Part shown: positions 10,506 through 19,836 of the stretch, one piece after another | Layout of the letters: each line of letters begins with the position of its first letter | Position numbering within the stretch: the stretch's first letter is position 1 | Origin: Candidatus Moraniibacteriota bacterium | GTDB taxonomy: Bacteria > Patescibacteriota > Minisyncoccia > CAIUEV01 > JAHKAQ01 | Direction of reading: 5' to 3' | DNA length: 34,589 bases | Assembly (NCBI GenBank): GCA_014729445.1 | Contig: WJJX01000111.1 | Span: 1-34,589 of the forward strand | Translations under genes and position numbers: made by a program | The notes under the pieces: generated by a model | Told to the model about the DNA's origin: nothing | The model's input: only the letters and a program-made list of their open reading frames with translations | Databases searched by the model: none

Positions 10506-11615
10506 TTATTTTTTTATGGGCGATAATAAATAAAGAAAATCGGGTTTTTCTCTGTTGGATTTAATCAAAATTGGAGAACTTGAATCGTTTAAGAGCATCT
10601 TAATCTTGTCTTCTTTAACTGAATTTATACCATCTATTAAGTATCTGTAATTAAAGATAATTTCGACATCTTCTCCTTTGATATTAACCTTTGTCTTTCT
10701 TGATCCTTCGCCCACCTTGCTGCTTTTGGCGCTTGTTGTAAGCTGCTCTTCTTTTTTGGAAAAGTTTAATTTAATGTCACTTGAGTCCTGGCCCGAAAAT
10801 AAAGAAATTAATCTAATCGAATCGATTAATTTATTCTTATCGACTACAACCTCGGTTTTAAATTCCCGGGGAATAATTTGAGTGTAATCCGGATAATTGC
10901 CGTCGATTATTCTTGAAATCAAATAAATGCTTTCGCTTTCAAAAACGATTTGATTGTCTTTAACATAAACATTTAAATCCTCGTCAGTGTCTTTAAAGAT
11001 TTGCATAATCTCAACCGCCGATTGACTTGGAACAATTACCGATTCAATATCTGATTGACTCAACCCGTTGCTTTTAATAATTTTTTCTCCCAGTCTAAAT
11101 CCGTCAGTTGAAACAATTCGAAGGTCTTTTTTATTGTTTTTTAAATAAACACTGGCTAAATCCGGTCTAATATTGGAAATTGCCACCGCAGGGATAACCT
11201 GTTCAATTGCTCGGGTGATTTGATTCGGAGGCAAATTGATTGGATTTTCTTTCTTAAGCTTTGGAATAATTGGAAATTCTTTGGAGCTTATTCCGTTAAT
11301 TGTTGTATTTGTTGATTTGGTGTTAATCTTAATACCATTTTGATTTTTGGTAAGAGTTATTTTTTTATCATTAATACTTTCCACAACGCTGCTTAAAATT
11401 TTTAGCGGTATGGCTACTTCGCCTTCTTTTTCTATGGAAGCGGGAACGGTTAAAACAACTCCCACTTCCAGGTTGGTGGCTTTAATTTTTAACTCCCCTT
11501 TTTTAGCCGTAATCAAAACACTGGCCAGGGCGGGTAAATTGTTATGGCTTTTAGCGATTCTACTTAGTTTGTTTAAAGACTGACCCAGGTAGTTTTTGAA
11601 TAGATTTATTTTCAT
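10506..11615 (-). CDS. dnaN: DNA polymerase III beta clamp
   Basis: ATNLE, EFPIIP, VSTDGFRL, SRIIDGNYPDY, IIFNYRYLID, LLSPI; lies downstream of dnaA. Confidence 0.97.
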   Translation of the reverse strand: MKINLFKNYLGQSLNKLSRIAKSHNNLPALASVLITAKKGELKIKATNLEVGVVLTVPASIEKEGEVAIPLKILSSVVESINDKKITLTKNQNGIKINTKSTNTTINGISSKEFPIIPKLKKENPINLPPNQITRAIEQVIPAVAISNIRPDLASVYLKNNKKDLRIVSTDGFRLGEKIIKSNGLSQSDIESVIVPSQSAVEIMQIFKDTDEDLNVYVKDNQIVFESESIYLISRIIDGNYPDYTQIIPREFKTEVVVDKNKLIDSIRLISLFSGQDSSDIKLNFSKKEEQLTTSAKSSKVGEGSRKTKVNIKGEDVEIIFNYRYLIDGINSVKEDKIKMLLNDSSSPILIKSNREKPDFLYLLSPIKK

Positions 11616-11815
11616 GTTTATAATTTAATAATAATATATAAGGCCGGGGATAAGTTGAAAACCCCTTTTTTTGTTTGGGTTGGGCTAAAAGTAATTGTTA
11701 GTTTTTAGATTTTTCATGTTTATATTTACTTAATAACAATACGGATTTTTTTAAACAGTTTTTTGGGTGTCAAATAAACAAAGTTATTCATTATTTATTA
11801 ACAAAGTTTTCCACC
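11616..11815. other. oriC: Probable replication origin (oriC) in the dnaA-dnaN intergenic region
   Basis: DnaA-box-like 9-mers: TTATCCCCG (minus, 11645-11653), TTTTCAACT (minus, 11653-11661), TTATTCATT (11784), TTATTAACA (11795), TTTTCCACC (11807). A GCC spacer and TAT repeats follow the first box. By eye the + strand changes from C-rich to G/T-rich here. Confidence 0.8.
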
Positions 11816-13191
11816 TATTGATTAAACAAACAATTGATTTCTTCAATTTCTTGTTTTAAAAGCGCGTCTTTCTTTATTTCATTGGATATTTTGTTAAATG
11901 CGTGCAATGTGGTTGTATGATCTCTGTTGCCCAGAATTTTTCCGATCACCGGAAATGAAGCCTTGATTTTTTTTCTCAAAATAAAGACCGCCACTTGTCT
12001 TGGTTTGACAATTTCACTTTTTCGGCTTTTGCCCTTGATTTTGTCCGGCTCCACTTTGTAAAAATCGCCGATTGTTTGGAGAATAAAATCCGGGTCTTTG
12101 GTGCGGTTTTCCATTTTTCTAATATCTTTTCCAAGAATTGTTTTGGCATTTTCAACATTTGGTGAAAGTTTTTTTAACTGGCAATTGGCGATGAATCTGT
12201 TTAAGGCTCCTTCCAGTTCTCTAACGTTATTGCTTATATTTTCGGCGATGTAATTTAAGGTTTCCATCGGGATGGGAAAATTTTGGTTTTCCGCTTTTTC
12301 GATTAAAATAGCGATTCTGGTTTCAGTGTTGGGCTTGGTGACGTCGACCACCATGCCCCCCTCGAATCTGGAACAGAGCCTGTCTTCAAGAGCGGGGATC
12401 GATTTGGGGGGCCTGTCCGAACATAGAACGATTTGTTTGTTGTTTTGGTAGAGGTTGTTGAAGGTGTGGAAAAACTGTTCCTGGGTTCCTTCTTTGCCGC
12501 CGATAAACTGGATATCATCGATTAAAAGAATGTCGACAATTCTGTAGATATTTTTAAATTCCTCCAACCGTTTTTCCTTGACCGCGAAGACAAAATCATT
12601 GGTGAAGCGTTCCGATGTTACATATTGAATAAGAAAGTCCGGCTTTTCTTTTTTTAGTTTATTGCCGATGGCTTGAAGAAGATGGGTTTTTCCCAGTCCG
12701 ACTCCGCCGTAAATAAATAAAGGGTTATATTTTTCACCCGGAGAGATTGAGACAGCTTCACTTGCGGCTTTGGCCAGTTCATTGTGAGAGCCCTCGACCA
12801 AATTGTCAAAGGTATAGCGGGGGTTGATATTATTTAAAGTGGATTTAAAGATGTTGTTTTCTATGTTTTGAGGGTGGACCGCTTTTTTTGAGCCTCGGTC
12901 GATTTGAGATCTTTTGATGGATCGATTTTTGTTCGATAGGCGCTCGCCGGGGATAACTTCGAACTTCAGACTAGTTATGCCGCTTTTGTATTTTTTAACA
13001 ATGGCAAGAATTTTTTTGGAGTATTTTCTGTCGAGCCATTCTTTGCCGAAGGCGTTTGGGACCGCAATTATCATGGTTGATTTGTCTATCTTGTGGATAA
13101 ATGTTTTCTTAAACCATGTAACAAAATGGGCCCTGCTTATGCTTAATTCGATTTCATTAAGTACTGCTTTCCAGATTTGTTTTTCGTTCAT
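11815..13191 (-). CDS. dnaA: Chromosomal replication initiator DnaA
   Basis: YTFDNLV, YNPLFIYGGVGLGKTHL, LLIDDIQF, QEQFFHTFN, RELEGAL, RDHTT. Likely start is ATG at 13191 (MNEKQIW). Confidence 0.98.
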   Translation of the reverse strand: MNEKQIWKAVLNEIELSISRAHFVTWFKKTFIHKIDKSTMIIAVPNAFGKEWLDRKYSKKILAIVKKYKSGITSLKFEVIPGERLSNKNRSIKRSQIDRGSKKAVHPQNIENNIFKSTLNNINPRYTFDNLVEGSHNELAKAASEAVSISPGEKYNPLFIYGGVGLGKTHLLQAIGNKLKKEKPDFLIQYVTSERFTNDFVFAVKEKRLEEFKNIYRIVDILLIDDIQFIGGKEGTQEQFFHTFNNLYQNNKQIVLCSDRPPKSIPALEDRLCSRFEGGMVVDVTKPNTETRIAILIEKAENQNFPIPMETLNYIAENISNNVRELEGALNRFIANCQLKKLSPNVENAKTILGKDIRKMENRTKDPDFILQTIGDFYKVEPDKIKGKSRKSEIVKPRQVAVFILRKKIKASFPVIGKILGNRDHTTTLHAFNKISNEIKKDALLKQEIEEINCLFNQ

Positions 13192-13206
13192 TTTTTTATT
13201 AATTAT

Positions 13207-13215
13207 TTTTCCACA
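13207..13215 (+). promoter_or_regulatory. DnaA box in the dnaA leader
   Basis: TTTTCCACA fits TT(A/T)TNCACA. A perfect TGTGGATAA also lies inside dnaA at 13092-13100. Confidence 0.65.
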
Positions 13216-13224
13216 AGTATTTTT

Positions 13225-13275
13225 AAGATATAGATTTTTTGTCTTTTTGACAACCACTAGTCTCGTTGATAAATT
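13225..13275. promoter_or_regulatory. Overlapping divergent sigma70 promoters (dnaA and the scpA/scpB operon)
   Basis: Plus: TTGACA 13247-13252, 17 nt, TGaTAAATT (-10 at 13270-13275). Minus: TTGTCA 13253-13248, 17 nt, TATCTT 13230-13225. Confidence 0.65.
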
Positions 13276-13315
13276 TATAATAAACTAACGATAAAGAACT
13301 CTTTCGAATTCTATT

Positions 13316-14536
13316 ATGAGTAAAGCTAAAAAAAACAAAAAAATGAAGCCGCCGGCAAATCTTCCGGTAAGTAATGATGTTCCCGATTTTTCAGGCGATA
13401 AGGATGCGGAAGGGGCGCGGAAAGAGAAAAACGAACAGAAGACATTTTCGGCATTTTCGGATATATATTCAAATACCGACTTGAAAGCGGAAAGTAAGCT
13501 TGAAAAAAAGGTTCCGCCGGAAGCGCCGAAGCTGTCGGCACCGTTGAAAGTGGAGGAGATTATTTATGGCAAAAAAGGGGACGAGGAAAAAAGCGAAAAA
13601 AAAGAAAGGGAGAAACAGAGCCGCCAAGAACCGCCGGAAGAAGCGAATCGAAACAATAATATCGAAGCGAACGGGCAGCAATTGGATGAGGCTTTAGAAC
13701 AAGGCACTCCTCGAAAGAAAACGATATCGGATTTTAAGTTAAAAGTTTTATTTGCTGCAATTGTTGTTATTTTTATTTTGCTGATTTTTGGTTACGCTTC
13801 TTTTTTTAGAAAGCAGAACGAAAAGAAGGATTCAGATCAAACCGAAGAATCCTCCTGGGGATTTAGCTTTAAAAATTTCTTAAAGACCGCAGACAAACAA
13901 CCTGTTGACAGGGAAGGAGAGGTGGAAGCCGAAGAGGAAGATGTTTTTGAGGTCGAAGAAGAAGTTGAAAAACCTGTGGAAAACTTTGACCTGGATAATC
14001 AAATTGATCTGGAATTGGATAAAATTGCGCTGGATATAGAAAATCTTAACGATTTAAAACAAGAGCTGTATCAATTTTCCACTTTTAATGTTCGGGAAGG
14101 AGAGGCTGTTCAATTGATAATTCGTTTAAACGGTCAGGATATAGGTTTTAATGAGCTAGTAAGAGGTTTAAACTTGGCGGTTCCGCTTTCCCGTGAAAGT
14201 TATGAAAAATTTGCCCTGGCTTTGACTCGAGAAAACGGTTTTATGAAATTCGGCTTATTGATTCGGACTAATAATACCTTAAATCAAAACAGAGAGTTGT
14301 TTCAAGAATGGGAAAATTATTTAAAGCAGAGTTTCGATGCTTTGTATTTCAATGAGCCCCTTAATGATCCCAATGTCAATGAGGGGGCGGGTTTTCAGGA
14401 TAGTTTGAAATTTGTCAACGGAAGATATATTAATTTAAGCAAAGCAAAGTCCTATTATTTAAACTATAGCTTAAATGGAAGTTTAATTATAATCGGTACC
14501 AGCACTAAGCTGGTAATAGATTTAAACAAATATTGA
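13316..14536 (+). CDS. Hypothetical single-pass membrane protein (X1), paralog of 15284-17167
   Basis: Charged low-complexity N-terminus, TM helix VLFAAIVVIFILLIFGYASFF, acidic linker, C-terminal domain with WEN...RYIN...LNY...IGTS. Its stop overlaps the scpA TTG. Confidence 0.85.
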   Translation: MSKAKKNKKMKPPANLPVSNDVPDFSGDKDAEGARKEKNEQKTFSAFSDIYSNTDLKAESKLEKKVPPEAPKLSAPLKVEEIIYGKKGDEEKSEKKEREKQSRQEPPEEANRNNNIEANGQQLDEALEQGTPRKKTISDFKLKVLFAAIVVIFILLIFGYASFFRKQNEKKDSDQTEESSWGFSFKNFLKTADKQPVDREGEVEAEEEDVFEVEEEVEKPVENFDLDNQIDLELDKIALDIENLNDLKQELYQFSTFNVREGEAVQLIIRLNGQDIGFNELVRGLNLAVPLSRESYEKFALALTRENGFMKFGLLIRTNNTLNQNRELFQEWENYLKQSFDALYFNEPLNDPNVNEGAGFQDSLKFVNGRYINLSKAKSYYLNYSLNGSLIIIGTSTKLVIDLNKY

Positions 14537-15255
14537 AAATGAAAAATCAAAAATATGTGGTTACGGTTGATAATTTTGTGGGGCCGCTGGAGCTTCTTTA
14601 CGATTTGGTTTCCAGGAAGCAATTGGATATTAATCAATTCTCTTTGGCTCAAATAGCAGATGATTATTTAAACGCGTTGAGCCGTTTTGCCCTCGAGGTG
14701 GAGGACGTGGGCGGTTTTTTGGAAATCGCGAGTTCTCTTGTTTTGATTAAATCATTATCCATTTTGCCGGAGCTTGGAGAGGATTTAACCTCTGAGGAGT
14801 ATCAAAAAATGGAGGATTTGGAAAAGAGGCTCAGCCTGTATTCTTTTTTTAAGAAATATTTTCAGAGCATTGAAGAGAGATATCTGAAGTCGGCTTATCT
14901 TTCCAGAGAATGGTTTGAAGCCGAAGATAAAAATTATCAAAAAGAACAGGTTTCGCCTGTGATAGACAAGAAAGAACTTTTAGAAAGCATGCGTTCGTTG
15001 ATTAAAAAAAATACCAATTTGGAGATTTTGAAAAGAGAAGCCATTAATGATAGAATTAAATTGGGTGAAAAGGTCAGATTTTTGAAAGCAAAATTAAAAC
15101 AGAACGGAATAATAAGCTGGCGCAGGGATTTTGCCGGGGAAACAAAGCCTGAAAAGGTTTTGCTTTTTTTAGCTGTTTTGGAGCTTTTGAGAAATTTTGA
15201 AATAGAAGTTTCTCAAAAGGGCTTTTTAACAGAGATTGATTTGACACCGGTCTGA
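14533..15255 (+). CDS. scpA: Segregation and condensation protein A (kleisin)
   Basis: N-terminal NFVGPLELLYDLV...LDINQFSLAQIADDYL, FLEIASSLVLIKS, and C-terminal LFLAVLELL...VSQ motifs. Start is TTG 14533 or ATG 14539. Confidence 0.92.
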   Translation: MKMKNQKYVVTVDNFVGPLELLYDLVSRKQLDINQFSLAQIADDYLNALSRFALEVEDVGGFLEIASSLVLIKSLSILPELGEDLTSEEYQKMEDLEKRLSLYSFFKKYFQSIEERYLKSAYLSREWFEAEDKNYQKEQVSPVIDKKELLESMRSLIKKNTNLEILKREAINDRIKLGEKVRFLKAKLKQNGIISWRRDFAGETKPEKVLLFLAVLELLRNFEIEVSQKGFLTEIDLTPV

Positions 15256-15283
15256 TTTTTAAAATTAATTAGCAACCGATAAA

Positions 15284-17167
15284 ATGATTCAAGAAGGCAT
15301 AAGAGATCCAACCAAAATAGAGATTGAGCTGATTGCTTTAAACAAGCTTGCAGATTATGCCGCCGGCAAGAGTCAGAGTGCGGTTGAGGCTTTTATTGTC
15401 GATGTTAACAGTGATAATTTTGAACAAATCGGGGAATCGTCGGATTTAAATATGAGCGGTGTTTTTTCCAAAATCAAAGAGTCAATAACCGGAGAAGATC
15501 CCGGGTCCGCTGATGGACTGGTTAGGGCGAAAGAGGATTTAGCCTTTGAGGATCAGAATAAAAAGGGATTTTTAGGACGCATGCTTCAAAAGGTTGGATT
15601 GGGCGATCAGGGCGCCCAGTCAGAAGAGGCCATGGATTCCTCGGTTACTCAAATTAAGCCTTCCAAGGATGCACTTAAAGGGGATTTTGCTTCCGCGAAT
15701 CAGGCTCAACAAGTTCCGCCCGGGGTTCAGCCACAAAGTCTGGGAATGCAACAAATTCAACCGCCGGCGCAGCCTCTTGGTCAGCCCCAAAACGGGTCAA
15801 AAATTACTCAAAGGCCGACGCCGGGAGTTCAAAAAATTCCGGTAACCGATTCAACGCCCGCGGCTCCGCCTTCTTTTTCCTCCAAGCCTCCGGCCGGTTT
15901 TTCTCCACAGGCCGGGATGAAAACTTCTCCTGCTCCGGCGCCTTCAGCTCCCTCGCCTCCCTCGCCTTCAGCCGCCCAGCCTCAAGCCCAGCCGAAATTA
16001 AGACCGTTAAAGCCCGATGTTTCGAAATCGACTCTGCCCCAACCCGAAAAAACGGCTCCTTCTGTTACACCGCCTCAATCGCAAAATAAAACCATAATAA
16101 AGCCTTATGTCCCCAAGCCACAGCCAAGCCCGGATAAAGCTTCGACAAGCTCTTTTGGAACTACCCAAGCCCAAGAAAAGAAAAAATCCGGGGGTGGTTT
16201 AATAGATGCCATGGTTGTGGTGGGTCGAACTTTGAGATTTCATTTAAAGACAATTTTTATCCTGATTGTAATGGCGGGAATTGTGGTCGCTTTTTTTGCC
16301 TTGCCAAAATTGACGAATCAACCTAAAAAATCTTCGGTTGATATTGTGGTTGAATATTCGAATCTGGTTTTTAAAAGAGTCAAAAATTCCTTTGCCGCTT
16401 TATTTAAACCGGGTGTTCAAACGAATCCGACGGATTTTGAACTCAGCGCTTTGTTGGTTGAAAACAAGGATCATATTGACTTGGGATCGATGAGTCTTGG
16501 CAGCGCTCTAGAACGAGCTTTGGATAAAGATCAAATCGCTCAGATCAGCGTTTCGCGCAATCAATTGGGGGCCGGGGCGATGGGCGGGGCTTTTGATCGA
16601 GCCTGGTTGGAAATAAAAGGAGAGGAAACACCGCTTAAGCCCAGTTATGTTTATCAGTTCGCGGATGAATATCGATATGATTTTGAGCAAAAGAGAATTT
16701 ATTTTTTGAAAATAACCGATTCAGAAGGGCGAAAAATTCCCTTTTCGGATTTTGTTTCGGGAATGAGAATGGATCAGATGCCGGCTTTTAAAAAAGATGT
16801 GCGCGATTATCATTTAATGATTTTTATAGAAGACAAGGGAGAGGCCTTAAACTCAAAGGATTATATTAGATTGGGCCTGGTCTTGCTTTTTGATCCCAAA
16901 AATCAGCCGTCTATGGCGCAGCTTAAAGATTGGGAAAATAAAATGATCGGACACTTGCTTAATTTTTATACTTCTAAAAATACTGAATTAATCGATCCTC
17001 AAAAGCAATTTGCCACAAGCTCCATCAGCTCTAACCGAAGATATTTGAATTTTACCGAGGATCATTCGTTGTCTCTTGATTATGGTCTGACTCAGGATGG
17101 AATGTTTATTGTGACAAGTAGAAATTTTGGAGAGATCCTGATGACCATATTGATTCAAAATAATTAG
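15284..17167 (+). CDS. Hypothetical membrane protein (X2) with Pro/Gln/Ser-rich linker, paralog of 13316-14536
   Basis: 627 aa; long P/Q/S-rich region, TM helix TIFILIVMAGIVVAFFAL, C-terminal domain with WEN...RYLN...LDY...IVTS. Confidence 0.85.
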   Translation: MIQEGIRDPTKIEIELIALNKLADYAAGKSQSAVEAFIVDVNSDNFEQIGESSDLNMSGVFSKIKESITGEDPGSADGLVRAKEDLAFEDQNKKGFLGRMLQKVGLGDQGAQSEEAMDSSVTQIKPSKDALKGDFASANQAQQVPPGVQPQSLGMQQIQPPAQPLGQPQNGSKITQRPTPGVQKIPVTDSTPAAPPSFSSKPPAGFSPQAGMKTSPAPAPSAPSPPSPSAAQPQAQPKLRPLKPDVSKSTLPQPEKTAPSVTPPQSQNKTIIKPYVPKPQPSPDKASTSSFGTTQAQEKKKSGGGLIDAMVVVGRTLRFHLKTIFILIVMAGIVVAFFALPKLTNQPKKSSVDIVVEYSNLVFKRVKNSFAALFKPGVQTNPTDFELSALLVENKDHIDLGSMSLGSALERALDKDQIAQISVSRNQLGAGAMGGAFDRAWLEIKGEETPLKPSYVYQFADEYRYDFEQKRIYFLKITDSEGRKIPFSDFVSGMRMDQMPAFKKDVRDYHLMIFIEDKGEALNSKDYIRLGLVLLFDPKNQPSMAQLKDWENKMIGHLLNFYTSKNTELIDPQKQFATSSISSNRRYLNFTEDHSLSLDYGLTQDGMFIVTSRNFGEILMTILIQNN

Positions 17168-17214
17168 GTTTGATATAAACGAAACTTAGTTGGATTTAAT
17201 TATAAACAGCAAAA

Positions 17215-17763
17215 ATGGTTTCTTTAGACAGAGAAAAAGAATTGTTTTGCGCGATAGTCTCGGTTTTGTTTGTTCTGGACGAACCGGTTGAGGCAGAACG
17301 CCTGGGCCGGGTTTTGAATGAAGAACCCAAAAAAATTACGAGAGCGATTAAATTTTATGCCGATTCGCTTGAAGCTGTTGGATTGGCGATCATTAAAGCC
17401 GGAAAAAAATTTCAATTGGCAGCCGATAAAAAAAACTTTAAATATTTAGAGCGGCTTTTTGATGGCGGAAAAAAGTTTAAACCCGGCAAGGCCAGTTTGG
17501 AAATCCTTGCGATTGTGGCCTATAAGCCGGGGATAACCAGAGAACAGATTGATTTAATTAGGGGGGTTAATTCTTATTATACTATCAGGGATTTGATGGT
17601 GAAAGGCTTGATTGAATATTCCAAAGGTGATAAAAAAAAACTAAGGGGAATTTATCCCTCTTTGAAGTTATTACAGACATTGGGAGTTAGGCGGCTTTCG
17701 GAATTGGACGATTTTCAAAAAATCAATCAGAATAAGTTAATTGATGATTTAATTGGTGAATGA
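17215..17763 (+). CDS. scpB: Segregation and condensation protein B
   Basis: VLFVLDEPV, ASLEILAIVAYKPGITREQIDLIRGVNS, LMVKGLI, LLQTLGVRRLSEL. Confidence 0.92.
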   Translation: MVSLDREKELFCAIVSVLFVLDEPVEAERLGRVLNEEPKKITRAIKFYADSLEAVGLAIIKAGKKFQLAADKKNFKYLERLFDGGKKFKPGKASLEILAIVAYKPGITREQIDLIRGVNSYYTIRDLMVKGLIEYSKGDKKKLRGIYPSLKLLQTLGVRRLSELDDFQKINQNKLIDDLIGE

Positions 17764-17805
17764 GACGGATTTTTTAAAATGATTTTATAATTTTAATAAA
17801 ACAAA

Positions 17806-18189
17806 ATGCAGGATGATGGGAATAATAAAGGTTCGTTTTCCGACCAAGAACCTATGGGAATTGAGCTTGTAACAATCAAAAAAAATTATCTGGATGAGAT
17901 GGAATCGCTTCGAAGAGAAGAGCAGGAATTGGTTAAAAAATTTAATATTGAGCTTGCTCAGACCATTTTTAATCTTGATTGGGAAGGAGATTTTGATTAT
18001 GAGGCCAATTTAAATTTATTTTTGAACGAATTGGCTCAGGTAGAGGAGTTTGTTTACAAATCCTCTGAAAATTTTTCGCAGAATGACATAAATATTTGTT
18101 TGTCTCAATTGAGGATCTTAAGAGAGAAGGCAAAAACGGCTATGGCAAAAGCCAAAGAAAAAGAGAAAGAACTGTTAAGCCGGGATTAA
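17806..18189 (+). CDS. Hypothetical acidic helical protein
   Basis: 127-aa ORF with the A-rich pre-ATG context seen at other genes; 42 nt after scpB on the same strand. Confidence 0.65.
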   Translation: MQDDGNNKGSFSDQEPMGIELVTIKKNYLDEMESLRREEQELVKKFNIELAQTIFNLDWEGDFDYEANLNLFLNELAQVEEFVYKSSENFSQNDINICLSQLRILREKAKTAMAKAKEKEKELLSRD

Positions 18190-18191
18190 GC

Positions 18192-19754
18192 TTATTTGAC
18201 GATTCTTCTTAGATCCATTCCGATCAGGCCGCTGGGGTTTATGTCCAGCAGATTTAAGATTGTTGGAGCCACATCGACCAGCATTCCTTGGACGCCTAAG
18301 GAGGCAGTAGTGGTTTGGGCGGCTGGTTTTCTGTTTTTTGGGTTAACAATCCAGCAGGGAACCGGATTATTAGAATGCTGGGTGTCTTTTTCGCCGGTTT
18401 TTAGATTGATCATTTCTTCAATATTGCCGTGGTCGGCTGTGATAACAAGGCAGCCTTTTTTTTCCAGGACTTTTTTGATTACCTCCCGCATATAATAATT
18501 CACGTTATCTATGGCAACAAGGCCGGCTTCATAGGTGCCTGTATGACCGACCATGTCGGGATTGGCATAGTTTACCAAAATGAAATCATAGATGTCTTTG
18601 TCTATTTCTTCCACAAGTTTTTGAGTTATTTCCAGAGCGCTCATTTCCGGAGCTTCGTCAAAAGAGGTAACGTTTTTGGAGGGGACTAGAATTTGATTTT
18701 CTCTTTCATAGGGAGTTTCGTTTCCGCCGTTAAAAAAGTAGGTTACGTGAGCGTACTTTTCGGTTTCGGCGATTTTAAGCTGATTTAATCCGTGACTGGA
18801 AATAATTTCACTGACTCTTGTTTTTATTTCTTGAGGAGGAAAAATAACTTCTCCCTGAAGTTCTTCAGCGTATTTTATCATAGACAAAAACTGGACCCCC
18901 TCCGCGAGAGATCTCTCGAATTGATCAAAGCCGGGATTCAGGAAAACTTCTGCAATTTGTTTGGCTCGATCTTTTCTGTAATTTAAGAAGATAACCATGT
19001 CGTTTGCTTGAATCGGTCCGACTGGATTGTCATTTTTAGTGATTACGACAGGTTTGATGTATTCATCGGTTAGATTACGATCGTATTGTTTTTTTAAAGC
19101 CGCAAGCGGATCTGTTTCTTTGATGCCTTTGCCCAAGGCCATCGCTTCATAGCCTTTTTTAATCCTTTCCCAGTTGTTATTTCGATCCATGGTATAGAAC
19201 CGTCCGCTTAGAGTCGCGATTTGACCTATTCCATTGTTAAGTATTTTTTTTATAAAATCGGTTCCGCTCATTGGAGGGGCGTCTCGGCCATCCATGATTG
19301 CATGAATGAAAGTTCGGTTTTCAATGCCATTGGTTTTGGCAATATCCAGCAGGGCCAATAGATGATCGATGTGGGCATTAACTCCGCCATCGCTTGCAAG
19401 TCCTAAAAGGTGAAGTTTTGCTTTGTTTTTTTTTACCGTTTGGATCGCTTTGAGGATGGTTTCATTTTCAAAGAAGGTGCCATTTTTAATGGAATTGGTT
19501 ATTCTGGGCAGGTCTTGGAAGGTAACCTGCCCGGTTCCGATTGTTTGATGACCCACTTCGGAATTGCCGTATTGCAGCCAAGGCAAACCGACTGAAATAC
19601 CGGAGGCTTGTAATAAAGTTTTGGGATAGTAGTTGTCGAGTTCTTTAAAAGTTGAGACATTGTTGGCATTTAAAAAAGCGTTACCTTCTTTTTCGTTAGT
19701 AATTCCCAACCCGTCCAATATCATTAAAACCACTGGTTTAAAAGCTGCTGGCAT
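18192..19754 (-). CDS. gpmI: 2,3-bisphosphoglycerate-independent phosphoglycerate mutase
   Basis: ILDGLG, GNSEVGH, DGRD, GRFYTMDR, AETEKYAHVTYFFNGG, NYANPDMVGHTG, TADHGN. Confidence 0.97.
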   Translation of the reverse strand: MPAAFKPVVLMILDGLGITNEKEGNAFLNANNVSTFKELDNYYPKTLLQASGISVGLPWLQYGNSEVGHQTIGTGQVTFQDLPRITNSIKNGTFFENETILKAIQTVKKNKAKLHLLGLASDGGVNAHIDHLLALLDIAKTNGIENRTFIHAIMDGRDAPPMSGTDFIKKILNNGIGQIATLSGRFYTMDRNNNWERIKKGYEAMALGKGIKETDPLAALKKQYDRNLTDEYIKPVVITKNDNPVGPIQANDMVIFLNYRKDRAKQIAEVFLNPGFDQFERSLAEGVQFLSMIKYAEELQGEVIFPPQEIKTRVSEIISSHGLNQLKIAETEKYAHVTYFFNGGNETPYERENQILVPSKNVTSFDEAPEMSALEITQKLVEEIDKDIYDFILVNYANPDMVGHTGTYEAGLVAIDNVNYYMREVIKKVLEKKGCLVITADHGNIEEMINLKTGEKDTQHSNNPVPCWIVNPKNRKPAAQTTTASLGVQGMLVDVAPTILNLLDINPSGLIGMDLRRIVK

Positions 19755-19836
19755 TTAGATTTTATTAAAAATTTAAGATTCTTTATTTGTTATTATAATA
19801 ATTTAAGCAGTCCAGGTAAACCGTTGCTGTTTTAGG

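Noticed and set aside
12465-12473. DnaA box TGTGGAAAA inside dnaA
   Set aside because: Falls in the conserved FFHTFN codons, so protein constraint explains it.
15690-16140. GC-richer repetitive tract as a repeat array or insertion
   Set aside because: Explained by Pro/Gln/Ser/Ala codons of the X2 linker; no regular nucleotide repeat unit.
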